Part shown: positions 14,101-25,466 of the stretch, piece after piece
How the letters are laid out: every line of letters starts with the position of its first letter
Position numbering within the stretch: the first letter of the stretch is position 1
Assembly: GCA_050230475.1 (NCBI GenBank)
Contig: JBFLGF010000049.1
Coordinates: forward strand, 1-64,000
Source: Ancylonema sp.
Lineage: Eukaryota
Length of the DNA: 64,000 bases
Direction: 5' to 3'
Notes under the pieces: model-generated
What the model was told of the DNA's origin: nothing
Database searches by the model: none
Seen by the model: only the letters and a program-made list of their open reading frames with translations
Translations under genes and position numbers: made by a program

Positions 14101-17100
14101 ACCTCCTCCTCCCCTGCATCTCCACCTCCTGCGGTGTTGATCCCTGACTGGCTGTCGGACAGCACAATCGTGGCGTTAGGGACCTCAGCAGCTTGTGGCT
14201 GGAAGTTGTCGTGCTAGTCGATGGCAGCTGCTGGCTCAAGGGACTGCTGGTTCTTGGTGTTGGGATTGGCTGCAGAACTGCTGGCATCGGTTGCAGACCT
14301 GGTGGCATGATGGGGTGAACTGCTGCTGCTGGCATGTTGGGGTGGACTGCTGCTGCTGGCACAACTGCTGCTGCTGGTCCTTAGATCTCCATGCAAAGGT
14401 AACTTTATCTCCATCCAGAATGCAGTACCGTGCTCTGATACCACTGTGAGTGCTTTCTTCTGCCATCGATGCAAGAATAAAGCACAACTCTCTCAGACAT
14501 CTCTTGAATCGACAGATCACGTCATTACAAACGTTGACACAAAAAAAGTGCAAGTTTGAAGTAGAAAGTCTGATTAAGGAATTCAGCATGCAAACTCAGA
14601 CCTAGTACAGTCGATTGTTGCCTGGTCAAAGAATCTGCCGGTTATCGAAACTACTTCGTCAATTGCCAATCATATCTAAGCATTCTGCCACATCAACTAG
14701 TTCTTATCGACACTTGTGAGATGGCCAAGTAATCATTAAAACAAGGACGTCGGCCTGCAGCCTGCAGCCTCCCTGCAGCCTGCAGCCTAAGGCCTCGAAG
14801 AACCGCACGTCCATGCGTGATATCACCCCCACCCTATGGGGGTCGAAGACGTGGGGGTCGAAGAAGTTGTAGCCTGCACTCCCCGCAGCCAGCCCCAGAA
14901 CCACACCAAAGCAAGTGCGAGGGGCAAACTTGTCCCCTTAACTGTTTTTTTCCCCCCCAACCTTCAAGGATTGGACCAGACACCCAAAATTATGACTTTT
15001 GTTCATTTTCATGTTCTTTCCCTCCCAGACTCCAGCAAGCGACTTAGTGGGAGTTCTGTTCCGTAACCAGTTTGCATGTAATAATGCCACATCCCAATAG
15101 GACTTCGGTAGACCTGACCAGATTAATATGCATCGCATTTTTTCTGTCAATGTTTTATTCAGTGTTTCACAGATTCCGTTTTGTTCAGGACTATATGCTT
15201 CTGTGGTTTGCTTGTCAATACCCTTCCCCCCACAGTAGTTTATCCAGTCCTGAGACACATACTCCCCACCCTTGTCTGTCCGTATAGACTGTACTCGAGC
15301 AACTGTATAGTGAACTTTGCTTTGACCTTTGCTCGGTTCAGTGCTTCATCCTTTGTTTTTAACAGACTGCAAGCTGACAAATGACAGACGTGTGGATGAT
15401 ACCTCAATCCCTGTCTGAGCATATGTAAATCCTCCGTTAGCTGACGTGACAGACAGTGGTCCAATGAGATCCAGGTGGATGCGACCCATCTTGGGGCATG
15501 TCCCTAGATCCTCACTGACCTTAGCATGACTGAAATGAATCATCTTCCCCTGACAACAAACCTGACATCCCTTTACTTCAGTTAATTCTCCTTGACTTAA
15601 CTCTGGGATGTCATCACGTCTGACAAAATCTGACAACACATCAGAACCGGGGTGACCCAGTTTGTGATGCCAGACCATGCCTGTGGACAAATTTGTTGTT
15701 GTATCATGAGATCCAGGCATGACGATTGTGGCAGCAAGCAAAGTCAGACCACTAGGCTGCTGCAGCACATCAGCCCATTTCACATTTCCCTTGTTTAATT
15801 CAGGACCCGTGGGCAGCTGTAGAAAGCTCAGCCCACCTCTTCTGACGAGGCACGATGTCGACACGGGGTGCAGGCAAAGGTTGGGACGTGGATCGGTGAG
15901 CTAAGTGGCTGCACAAAGAAAGCGTCGCCATTCCTCACTCGGATGTGCACGAAACCCAGTGCCCTCCAACCTTGTGTGACGAGCCGTCAGCAGTGGTGAT
16001 GGGTAAGGCCTGCTGCGTGCTCAGGGTAGGTGTGTACTCCCACAAAAATGTTCACGTGCCGTGAAAATGTGGTCGGTAGCACCTGAATCCAGGATCAGGG
16101 AGTCTGTGTGAGAACCAGCATACAATGCCCGGGCAACCTCGAACGAGACAGCACCGAAAGCTAAATAATCCACATTAGCGTTGTGAAAGGTATGTCAGCA
16201 AAGCGTGCAAGTCTAGCTTGTGCATCAGCCCTTCGAGCAGCTTCTGGGTTCATTTGAGCCATGTCAGATGTTCGTTTTCTACATTGATCAATTGTATGCC
16301 CTACAATGTTGCAATATCTGCACTTCTGTCTCCCCCCTGAACTTCCCTAAGTGTCGCGTGCGCAACATTCCCAGCTGCTGGCGGCTCGGTGGCCTGCCTG
16401 GTGGCACGTATGACACTTCCAAGCTCTTGTGACATTTCCAAGCTCCCGCATGGCCTCCGCCAGGAGCTGGTGAAGGGCAGTTCGCTCTGATGTGCCCGTA
16501 TTTGTGGCAGCCGAAGCATTCGTCGCCTGCAGCGTCTCTGCGACCAGCTCCAGTCGCACCACCAGATCTGCTGCGACCTCCAGCTCCATTTCCCCCCCCA
16601 GGTCCACCATAATGCGGTTGGTGACCTCCTGGCAGCGCCCCCCTTTTACGCTCATTCAGCTCCTTCCGCACGTCGTCGCGCAGCAGCGCACTCACGAAGT
16701 GGGGAATCGTGAAGAGGTGTGGTGACGACTCGGACCACGGCATCAGCGTTGAGACCATCGGGCTGTAATGCGTGATTAAAGAGTTCAACAGGTTGATCGC
16801 CTGCTTCGTCGGAGATACTGGCGCCCCCAGATTCTTCAGGTCCTGGTGCAGCTGCTGCAGACGCTTGACGTATACACGTTGAGGTCCTCCGCCTCTGTCT
16901 GAATTCGCGCTCAGCAGTGCTTCAGTATTTGCGATCATCTCGATCGCACCCTGACCTGGTAGAATGTCCGCAGGGCATCCCACATTCCGGCAGCTGTCGT
17001 GCAGTCCGTGACGTGCGTCAGCTCCGAAGGACCTAGGTGCTTCACAATGTACAACATCGCAGCCAGATTGTCTTCATCCCATTTCTCTTGCTCCAGCAGC

Positions 17101-17888
17101 TGCTGGGAAATCTGCTACTGTCTGACCAATATTTCGACATCCACGTCGATCCCCCTGGCGGCAAATTGTAGCTCGTTGTCAGGTGTCAATGGAAGGATAA
17201 CGTCTGGGCGACACTCGGCAAGCTGTCCCTCCATCACCAAACGGCAGTTTCTTGTCCGCCAGCCCATACTTGACCTTGGGCCCATCCTGTATAATCAGCT
17301 CCAGTCTCCAGTAAACTGAGGGATTTGCGACCTATCCGTCATTGTGGCAGCTTAGGATTTCACAAAATTTCTCGCTCAGCTCGAGTTCTCAGTGCAAGTC
17401 CTGCACTGCAGCACTCAGCTCGAAAACTTGCAGCGCAATGTCAAACGTACGTGCAGACCTTAACAACTACGAATATCTTTGCGCTCACTGGCAGAATATA
17501 CCGTTCACAGAGATTACCGCAGCGAAATCGCGTGGAGCCTGTTTTTAACCAACACGGCGTCTGAACTAGAGCACGTGGGCCCATCTATAAGCTTTTGAGT
17601 GATTAGACGTGCCGGAATAATTAGGTGGGCGACAAAACGAACCGTACGCAAAAGGATCTCTATCACTGATGATCAACGAGACCTGAGTTGCGTGTGTGGA
17701 ACGAATTATATTGTGATTGCTTCGGGGATGGTAATACCCGATGCGCTTTACAGATTGTTGTGTGCCGACGGTCGGCACAATTAACCGTCGGCCTATCATT
17801 GACTGACAGCTCTTCTACACACATGTCAACGGCACATGCCGGACATTTCTGACACGCGACTAAACACAAGCCAAAATCACGACGCGTC
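11140..17888 (-). mobile_element. Ty1/Copia element C (different family) nested in A; full but decayed gag-pol
   Basis: Direct repeats at 11142-11456 and 17586-17888. 3' LTR probably 11592-11140 (TGTTAG..TATACA) after a PPT-like GAGTGGGTG. Motifs: CFGCHKYGHIRANC, LILDSGATDH (~16070-16100), WHHKLGH..CQVC, SPEQNGICE, YKVRLVAQGF, LYGLKQS, IHVDD, RNase H KHFNVVYHWVRE. Many frameshifts. Confidence 0.88.
14377..14765 (-). mobile_element. Copia fragment D (partial LTR + PBS + gag start) inside element C
   Basis: ~14765-14445 is homologous to the solo LTR at 60238. It is followed by PBS TGGTATCAGAGCA (14443-14431); the frame MAEESTHSGIRARYCILDGDKVTF starts at ATG 14466. Confidence 0.85.
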
Positions 17889-18439
17889 GATTTTAGGGCT
17901 TAAGTTTAGCATTGTCGATTTTGTCGTTTTGCCGTCGATATGATTGTGATGTTACATGGCAGACGTGGCAGACATGTCGATAAGAGTAGGTGACTTGGCA
18001 CAATAATAGAATATGATTGGTGTTGACTCATTAGTTCGATCAGTAGAGATCCTTTGACTAGGAGGGGGCACGAACCACACTCGACTGTACACGGTCTAGC
18101 CTTGCATGCAGAATTTTGTAATCAGACTTTTCTATTTCAAGCTTACACTTTTGCTGTGTCCACGCTTGTAATGACGTGATCTGTCGATTCAAGAGTTTTC
18201 TGAGAGAGTTGTCGTTTTATTCTAGCATCGATGGCAGAAGAAAGCACTCACAATTGTTTCTCTTTGTGGCGTGTGCATTGTGGAAAATCTTAACAAAAAT
18301 GGACACCCTTACAGTCTCCCCCACATGCCCATTTCTTCCCGAAAATTGCTTGGATATCTAGAAACCCTCAACGTTACCCGGTTTGACGGCGGTCCGAAAA
18401 AAAAATCTTGCCGGTCCATGCAACTATGGTCCTTGGAAC

Positions 18440-19118
18440 CATAGTGGGTCTCCGAGCCGGAAAATAGGCGCGCCGGCTCGGAGCCGGGCTCGCAAAATCC
18501 GCGAGCGGAGCGGGACCCCCAGGGAAAAAACAAAAAAACAAATGGTAACCCCGCTAAGCGGTGGATTATTATGCTTGCGTAATACTGTTTCATAACACCA
18601 TATCCCGTCGCTGTATCCCGTCATTATCCCGTCCCCGTTCACAATTCCCCCTTGTCGTTTGCAAGCTACAATTTTGTCGTTTATCACGTCTCCCGTTCAT
18701 CGTAATGTTCCGTACCATCGATGTCCTCCCGGTCCATCGTAATGTGTGACTCATAGATTCAGTTTGTCGTTTGCGCCACAGAATCTGTCAGTTTTTGAAG
18801 AAATCCCGCATCTGACGGGTGAGCGTTGTTCCCGCCCCGTCCGTCCCCCAGATGTCGTCCGATTCCCGGAATGTCAGAAGATTCTCAAGGTTCGGTACAG
18901 AATGTTGCATAGAAAAATACCGGATCCGACAAACACAATCTCTCCAGTATCATTAACCATCGGAATATGGTTACTATGTTAGGGCCGTACTAGTCACTAG
19001 TAACCACCTGCTTGGCAGAGAAGGATTTCGATTTTTCGTTTTTTCCAGGCGGCTCGCGGACGCGCGCCGGCTCGGAGCCGGGCTCGCAAATTCCGCGAGC
19101 GGAGCGCGACCCACTATG
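18440..19118. mobile_element. Non-autonomous hAT element (MITE), copy 1
   Basis: TIR CATAGTGGGTC..GACCCACTATG; perfect 8-bp TSD CTTGGAAC (18432-18439 / 19119-19126). Confidence 0.9.
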
Positions 19119-19227
19119 CTTGGAACCAAAACCTGGGGCCGGCGGTGGCAAGGTACTTTTGGTGAATCCATGGAGTTTCGAGAGGTTTTCGTGGAAAAAA
19201 ATATGGTTTTTTGTTTTGTTTTATATA

Positions 19228-19454
19228 CCGTAGTGGCCATCCATACCCGGGTTTTTTTTAACAAATTAATTTAGCTAAGAAACCACCACTTGACCCAACC
19301 CGCGCACCCAATAGAAAATTGTCCAAAATCCTGAAAAAATATATTTATTATCTGGTGACCCACATAAGAGAATGATTAACTCTTTTTTTTTTTTTTTTTT
19401 GACTCGATCCACCCTTTTCATAATTATTTGCGGGTTATTGTGTGGCCAGTACGG
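19228..19454. mobile_element. Tc1/mariner-type MITE
   Basis: TIR CCGTAGTGGCCA..TGGCCAGTACGG, flanked by TA; homologous copy at 36226-36462. Confidence 0.8.
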
Positions 19455-19615
19455 TAATCGGGTATTGTGCATCACACAAAAATGTCGATAAATATTTGGG
19501 CTGAAAATCCCTGCCACGCCCACTTTTGCCCCAAAGAAGCTTACGAAAAAACAGGAGGTTCTACCCGGTCCCGAACTCTGACCCGTGCGGACCGCGGTCT
19601 TAATATCGTTTGATG

Positions 19616-20315
19616 CATAGTGGGTCGCGCTCCGCTCGCGGAGCTCCGCTCGCGGAATTCGCGAGCCCGGCTCCGAGCCGGCGCGCGTCCGCGAGCCGCC
19701 TGGCAAAAACGAAACATCGAAATGCGACTAAGTAAAAATCTTCCTCTGCGAAGCAGGTAGTTACTAGTTTCCGGTACTTTGGGCAGTACGTCCGGAACAT
19801 AGTAACCATTTTCTGAAGGCTACTGTGTCCGTTTGATCCGGTTTTTTTTTTTTGGCACCTGAAAGCTTAAAGATCTTCTGACACTACGGGAATCGGACGA
19901 CATCTGGGGAGGGACGGGGCACTGAACAATGCTCAGCCGTCAGATGCGGGATTTCCTCAAAAAACTGATAGATTCTGTAGCGCAAACGACAAACTGAATA
20001 TATGATAGTCACACATTACGAAGGAATGGGAGGACAACGATGGTACGGAAAAATACGATGAACGGGAGACATGCTAAACGACAGAATTGTAGGCTTCCAA
20101 ACGACAAGGGGGAAGCGAACGGGGACGGGATAATGACACAGAATACGAGGTGTAATGAAATAGTACTACGCAAGGATAATAGTCGACCGCTTATCGGGGG
20201 ACGGGGCTACCATTTGTGTTTTATTTTTCCCCCTGTGGGCCCCGCTCCGCTCGCGGATTTTGCGAGCCCAGCTCCGAGCCGGCGCGCATATTTTCCGGCT
20301 CGGGGACCCACTATG
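19616..20315. mobile_element. Non-autonomous hAT element, copy 2, inverted relative to 18440-19118
   Basis: Same TIRs; 8-bp TSD GTTTGATG (19608-19615 / 20316-20323); the interior is the reverse-complement homolog of copy 1. Confidence 0.9.
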
Positions 20316-20323
20316 GTTTGATG

Positions 20324-20530
20324 CATAGCTGGGTCAGTAAGCGTCCGGAGATCCCCGGACGCGTCCGGAATGCGTCCCGGACCAGGACGGCCCCGCCATA
20401 AGAAGAGGAAGTTTTGAAATAGTTGGTATATCGCGTAGTCCCCCCCCTCCCCTTTCTTTCTTGCCGGCCTCGGACGCGTCCAGGGATCTCCCGATGCGTC
20501 TCGGATGAGCGTGCTCGGAAACCAGCTATG
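20324..20530. mobile_element. Small hAT-like MITE
   Basis: Termini CATAGCTGG..CCAGCTATG with internal palindromic GGACGCGTCC motifs; the TSD is not clean. Confidence 0.5.
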
Positions 20531-21117
20531 GTCTGGATCCGGCACCAACCTTTGGTGCCAGCTCGAGTAACTAGGCAACAAACAACCCCGAAAACCAAAT
20601 TCAGCCCCGGATTCAGCCAAGCAACCCCGAAAACGGGTGTATGCTTGGCTGAATCCGCAAGTGAGTTATCTTAAGTTTTAGAAGTTTGTATTGGACCGTC
20701 CGAGAATCCGACATATCTATGTCGACACAAACCGGTCCGGTACTAGGGGGGGACATGTGGTGCTCGACCCTAGTAAGTTTTCATTTTCCAACGAAAACGA
20801 TTTGACTATTTTGGTCCTTTCATACCAATACTGTCATGAATTTGTGACCTTATTACCCACTTGTAAGTTATATTGTACACCAAGACTTGAACAATTGGTT
20901 GTCATCCTCCTTGGTTGTGATACAGTGTGCCATGAAAAATATTCAAAGCAAATCTGGATCTACATATCCAAAGCGAATCCTCAACAATTCCTAGCCACAT
21001 CAAAATGCGGAGTCTTCACTAAATGAAGACTCCCTTCTCGAACAAAATGAGCATCATTATGTCACAACACAGTCATCATCACCCCATAGAAAGGCGAATG
21101 AGCCACAAGTGTCTCAA

Positions 21118-24100
21118 CTAGTGATGGCATCCCTCCACTACGCTGCTTCGACATATTCTCCAATGTCGCCCATACTTGACCCAAACATAGTGAATTCGAA
21201 TTTTATGCTTGTGTCTAAATTCCTCTTCATCATCATCTTCTTCATCCTCCTCCTCATCTTCCTCCTCTGCGTGTGTTATTGCCGCAACTGCTCTTCGGAT
21301 GGGCACCACACACAGGCTCTTGTTCCCCTCTACCACCTCTTGCTTCACCTCATTTTTGGGTGCTATGGCTGCTTGGGGCACCAAAGATTTGCTCAATCCC
21401 TTCCCCGTACTGGGAACATCTCCTACTTCCACCAATACCCCTGGCTCTGGCTTTGCCTCCTTCACCTCTAACTCTGCCACTTTCTCCTCTTCACTCTCAC
21501 CCTTCTGGTTCTTCTTCTTCTTCCTCTTCCTCTTCGCGCTACCCTCATCTCCTCCTGCACCCTCAGCGGCTTGCACCTCCTTGACAGATATGGCTGCAGC
21601 CTTGCTTGACGGCTGCAAAAAAAATCCGGACTCAGGTTCAGACATGGAACTTAATGGACACAACAACACATTGTCAACTTCGTTCTTCTCCTCCGAAAAA
21701 AACATTTGTTCTCAAGAGTGCACCCCTGACACAAACAATGCCCCCACCCCCTTACCTCCACATCCACATCCTTAGTTATCATCTCAATGTCACCATTCTT
21801 CCCCCGCAGTCTGCACACGTAATCAGTCAGCAAACAGACGTCAGCAATCAGTACTTAGCAGAACCACGTGTCAGCCTGTGAAGAAGAGGGCTATCCTCTT
21901 ACTCTGCCTCCTCCTGCAGCTGCGCAACCTTCTCCTGCACCCTCCTCAGCTCCTCTTCCACCACCCTCCTGGCCTCCACTTCCTCCGCCAGTTTCCTGCT
22001 AGCCTCCACTTTCTCAGCCAGGGCTTGTTCTAGGGCTCTGCGCAGTTCCTCCTCCACTTTCCCACCTTCCTTCCCCTCCTCCTGCTCTGACTGCACCCCA
22101 CCCTCCTCCCCACCCGCAGCCACCCCAGCCACACTGCCTTCCCCCACCATGTCCTCCTCCCCCCCCGCCCCACTCGTCTGCAGGCGCGCCGCCACGGAGG
22201 ACACCGCCTCCCCCTTCCCTTCCTCCAACTCGACTACTTCTTCTGTCTTCTCCATCTCCTCTCCTGCCTCACCACCCCCCCCCCTGTTCGGTTCTCCCAA
22301 CCGCTCTGCTGCCTCCCCGCCTTCCCTCGCGGATGTCGTGATCCCCTCTGGAAGTTGAGTGGCAGGTTCGGCAGAACCACCCTCTGCATTCGATTCCAGT
22401 GCCTGTGTGGCCTCAACCGGTGCCTCGCTCATTTCTACTGCCGGAGAGGGCAAGGTGGAAGCGAGATCCTCTTTCCTCTCAGCTTCCCCTACAGGTACGC
22501 TGAGAGGTGCTCCTTCCGCTTCCGGGCATGCAGGCGAGGGAGCAGAAGCCTTCTCCTCTATAGTCACTATATCCACTGCTAATGCCGGGGGAGAACTGTG
22601 AAGCGCGTCTGGGATCTTTGCAGTTTCCACCTTCACTTCCACACCTGCACCCTCCTCTGAATCCGGGACAGTGGGAATCATGGCCACATTCCCATTCTGT
22701 GACCCTCCCTGTTCCCTGCCTGTCGACTGGGCAGTGCTTGCTTCGACTGTATGAACCACCACTTCGGCCTCCGTACTATCCAAATCATCGAGGCAGATTG
22801 GATTCCCAGCCTCCCCTGTTTCTTCTTCTACAATGCTGGGAGCTCCTTCTGCCAGGAGTTGGGAAAGGAGTGGGTGCCCCTTGGCAGCCACCTTCCCCCT
22901 GCCACCCTTGCCTCTCCCTCTGGGTGGTGTGGCAACCGCAACGGGGGTGGTCCCTCCATTCTGTTTGGGCTTCCGAGCGGCCCTGGTATCGGGAAGCGGA
23001 CCTCCCAACGATTGCACCTCCTCCTCTTCCTGCTCCCCTGTGAGCTCCCTTTCCTTTCTAAGCCGCGCTTCTTGGGCTCTGGTCATCATACCCGCCCTCC
23101 CGCTCGGGGTCATCCCGGTTCCGTTTGTGTCCACACTGAGACTTGTTGCCATGGGAGATGCGGTCGGATGGCCTGGAAGCAAGGCGGTAGGTGTGGGAGT
23201 TTTTGGCTCCCTGCGCGCTGCATGTTCTGGTGTCGGAGAGGGCGATCGCTGTTTCTTCTCGTCCATCACACGACTGGGCTGCGCGACGACGACCTCGGAC
23301 AGTACCGCGTCCGCTGGAGTCGACGCTTTTGTCAAAGATTCTGCAGCGTCTGCAGAGGTCTTCACCGACTGTGGAGATCTGGCTGGTCCGCCTTGCACAT
23401 CCGGCACGCGTGATTCCTGCAGACTCTTTTCTGCTGTGGCACGTGCTTGTTCAGGAAGATCACCGTTGCGCACCCATGCTCCTAAGGAAGTTTCCTTTCT
23501 GGTAGGACTACCTGAAGTGACCTCTTGCCCGTCGATGTTACTTGCTACTGTACCGCAAAGCGCAGGTTGAGGGCAGACACTTGACACTCCCCGACTCCTA
23601 GTGACGCTCCTAGACATTACAAGAGTTTCTGGAACGGGAGCCTTTGGTGTCACCCCGCGTGGCGCTGTTGCCTCTCTAGAGTCAGCTGCATTTACGACGG
23701 TCATTTGAGGGCTCAAATGGTCTGCAAGCACATTCTTCTTAAAATTTTCGGGTGACTTCTGCTTCCGGTTGCTATATCCGCAAGTATGGCAGAAGTAGCT
23801 GCGAGTAGGATCCACGCGGATACCCGGCCGGGATGTGCTGCTGGTCTTCCCGTATGTTTTGGCTGACTTCGTATGGCCGTCGACAATCGGCAGAGACAGT
23901 CGAATGGGGGATTCACACCTGCAAACAATATGCGTGGTCAAGGATGAATATGATTGTCTGATAGTTATTCACCACGATACACTGCCCAATTAATCTATCC
24001 GCTGAGTGGGAACTTGCGGTTGGCTGACCACATGACGTCACGTCATCCGTAAATGTAACGTGAACTCCCTGACAAAGAAAGAGGATCCAGAATGTGGCAG

Positions 24101-24301
24101 CTACCTTGCACAGGAACGTTCTGTAGCCCCTGGAGGAGGTTCAATGCCGGTTAATTCACACAGGTGGCGCATGCGCATGCTCCAAAAACCTGCAGGCCCC
24201 GGTGAGTGGGATGTAGCCTCAGCGGATTTCCAGAGAAAAGATGCACGCTGCCGCGCAGGAGTGTGAGGATAATTTTTGGATGCTCGCAGTGGAGCGGCCA
24301 T
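21118..24301 (-). CDS. Rpr2/Rpp21/SNM1-like Zn-binding domain protein (RNase P/MRP subunit family) with long disordered tail, ~920 aa, 4 exons
   Basis: Exons 24301-24105, 23918-21903, 21810-21756, 21612-21118 are GT-AG and sum to 2763 nt in frame. The N-terminus has RQRASFLWKSA, CARC (formed across intron 1) and YFCHTCGYSN, giving two CxxC pairs. The last ~35 codons are less certain. Confidence 0.7.
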
Positions 24302-24645
24302 GCAGGGACATGCAAGTCATGTAAGTGGCGCATGCGTTTACCAGCAGGCGGCACGGCCGCCGCCGCCGCCTGCTGGTACAGCTTCGTACAAGAGAACCCT
24401 CAATATAATTATTTTTGATTTGACGTCCCTGTTATAACGAACGTCTCCTTGTCATTTTCTTCAAGTGACAAAAGCTACCTTCGAGGATAACGAGCCTTCA
24501 TGAAGCGACACTTAACCCCCCCCCCGTACCTTATTAACATTTAAAACGTTACATCTTAATACCATTGATTTGTTACCAATCGACGAGAAAAGGTGTTATC
24601 AATGATAGCACCACATAACTTACCACCACATAACTTAACTCTGAT

Positions 24646-25466
24646 CATAGTAGCATGCAAACGGCAAAAATCGGCCCATACGACGTTTGCCATAAGTGGA
24701 TGTACGGCCAAAGTTGTACTTCGATTTTTTTTCGCACCCCTCAACATTGCGGATCCGGGCCCGGCCTGGACTGATTGGCTGGGTTTCTCGGACAGAGGTT
24801 GGGGGATGGGGGGTACGTCATTGACAAGAGATGACGTCCCTAAGTAATTTCCGATGCGGAACCTTACTACAAGGTTTTGCATGTGGATAAAAATGCCACC
24901 AAGCTTATCAATACGATAAGTTAAGGATACCTCTACCAATCAGAAGGCGTAGAAGGCATATTCGACATGCTCGGTCCTCGAACTATCCTCTACACGTGCA
25001 AACTATGGCGGTGGAAGCAAGCCTCTATTACGTAATATCAGAACATTTTTTCCTAAGCAAATCCATTTTCTGGTTGAGAATCAGTCGATGTAAATCCATA
25101 ATCTTAAGTATGGATCTTGAAAGAAAATATGTGGTGAATAAGGGTGGAAAAGAAAAGAAAATAAGAATCGGGAAATAATCTGAAAATATGTATTTGCCAA
25201 GCAAAAGCTACGGAAATGGAAAATACAAAAAAATAAAAAGAAGGGAAATATTGAAAATGAAAGTAGTAAACAATAACTCATCTTCACGACTTAAATAATA
25301 ATTAAAAAAAACCAAACACCTAGTGTTCAGCCGTTTGGCAAACGGCCGTACAGTGTACGGACGTTTGGAATAGCGTATGGTGTTGCGTCCGTACGGCTAA
25401 AAGTGTCGTTTTGACGTTTGGACGTTTTGCGTTTACAAAACGCGTACGCGTTTTGATGCTACTATG
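24646..25466. mobile_element. Non-autonomous hAT element
   Basis: TIR CATAGTAGCAT..ATGCTACTATG; 8-bp TSD ACTCTGAT / ACTGTGAT (1 mismatch); flanked on both sides by a CCACATAACTTA-type tandem motif. Confidence 0.8.

Larger units (their letters stand above)
4838..18252 (+). mobile_element. Ty1/Copia LTR retrotransposon A (host of the nest; decayed, internally deleted)
   Basis: Starts TGTTAG at 4838 and ends CTCACA at 18252, with 5-bp TSD ATTGT (4833-4837 / 18253-18257). Partial 5' LTR 4838-~5100 and 3' LTR ~17887-18252 are homologous. gag at 5118-5722 resumes at 9142 (Zn knuckles); protease-like FLFDDGSSHH at 9521; RT start (WQAAMAAEI, KWVFK, KFKARVVADG) at 10450-10620. Confidence 0.9.

Noticed and set aside
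14431..14443. tRNA gene
   Set aside because: It is only the 13-nt primer-binding site complementary to the tRNA-iMet 3' end, with no cloverleaf.
14236..14589. Poly-Gln ORF as a host gene
   Set aside because: It is a chimera of fragment D's gag start running into a CAG-rich linker of element C in another frame.
22149..23570. Long antisense ORFs here, at 33408-35365 and at 50284-53393
   Set aside because: They are shadows of GC-rich, low-complexity exons on the opposite strand with no motifs of their own.
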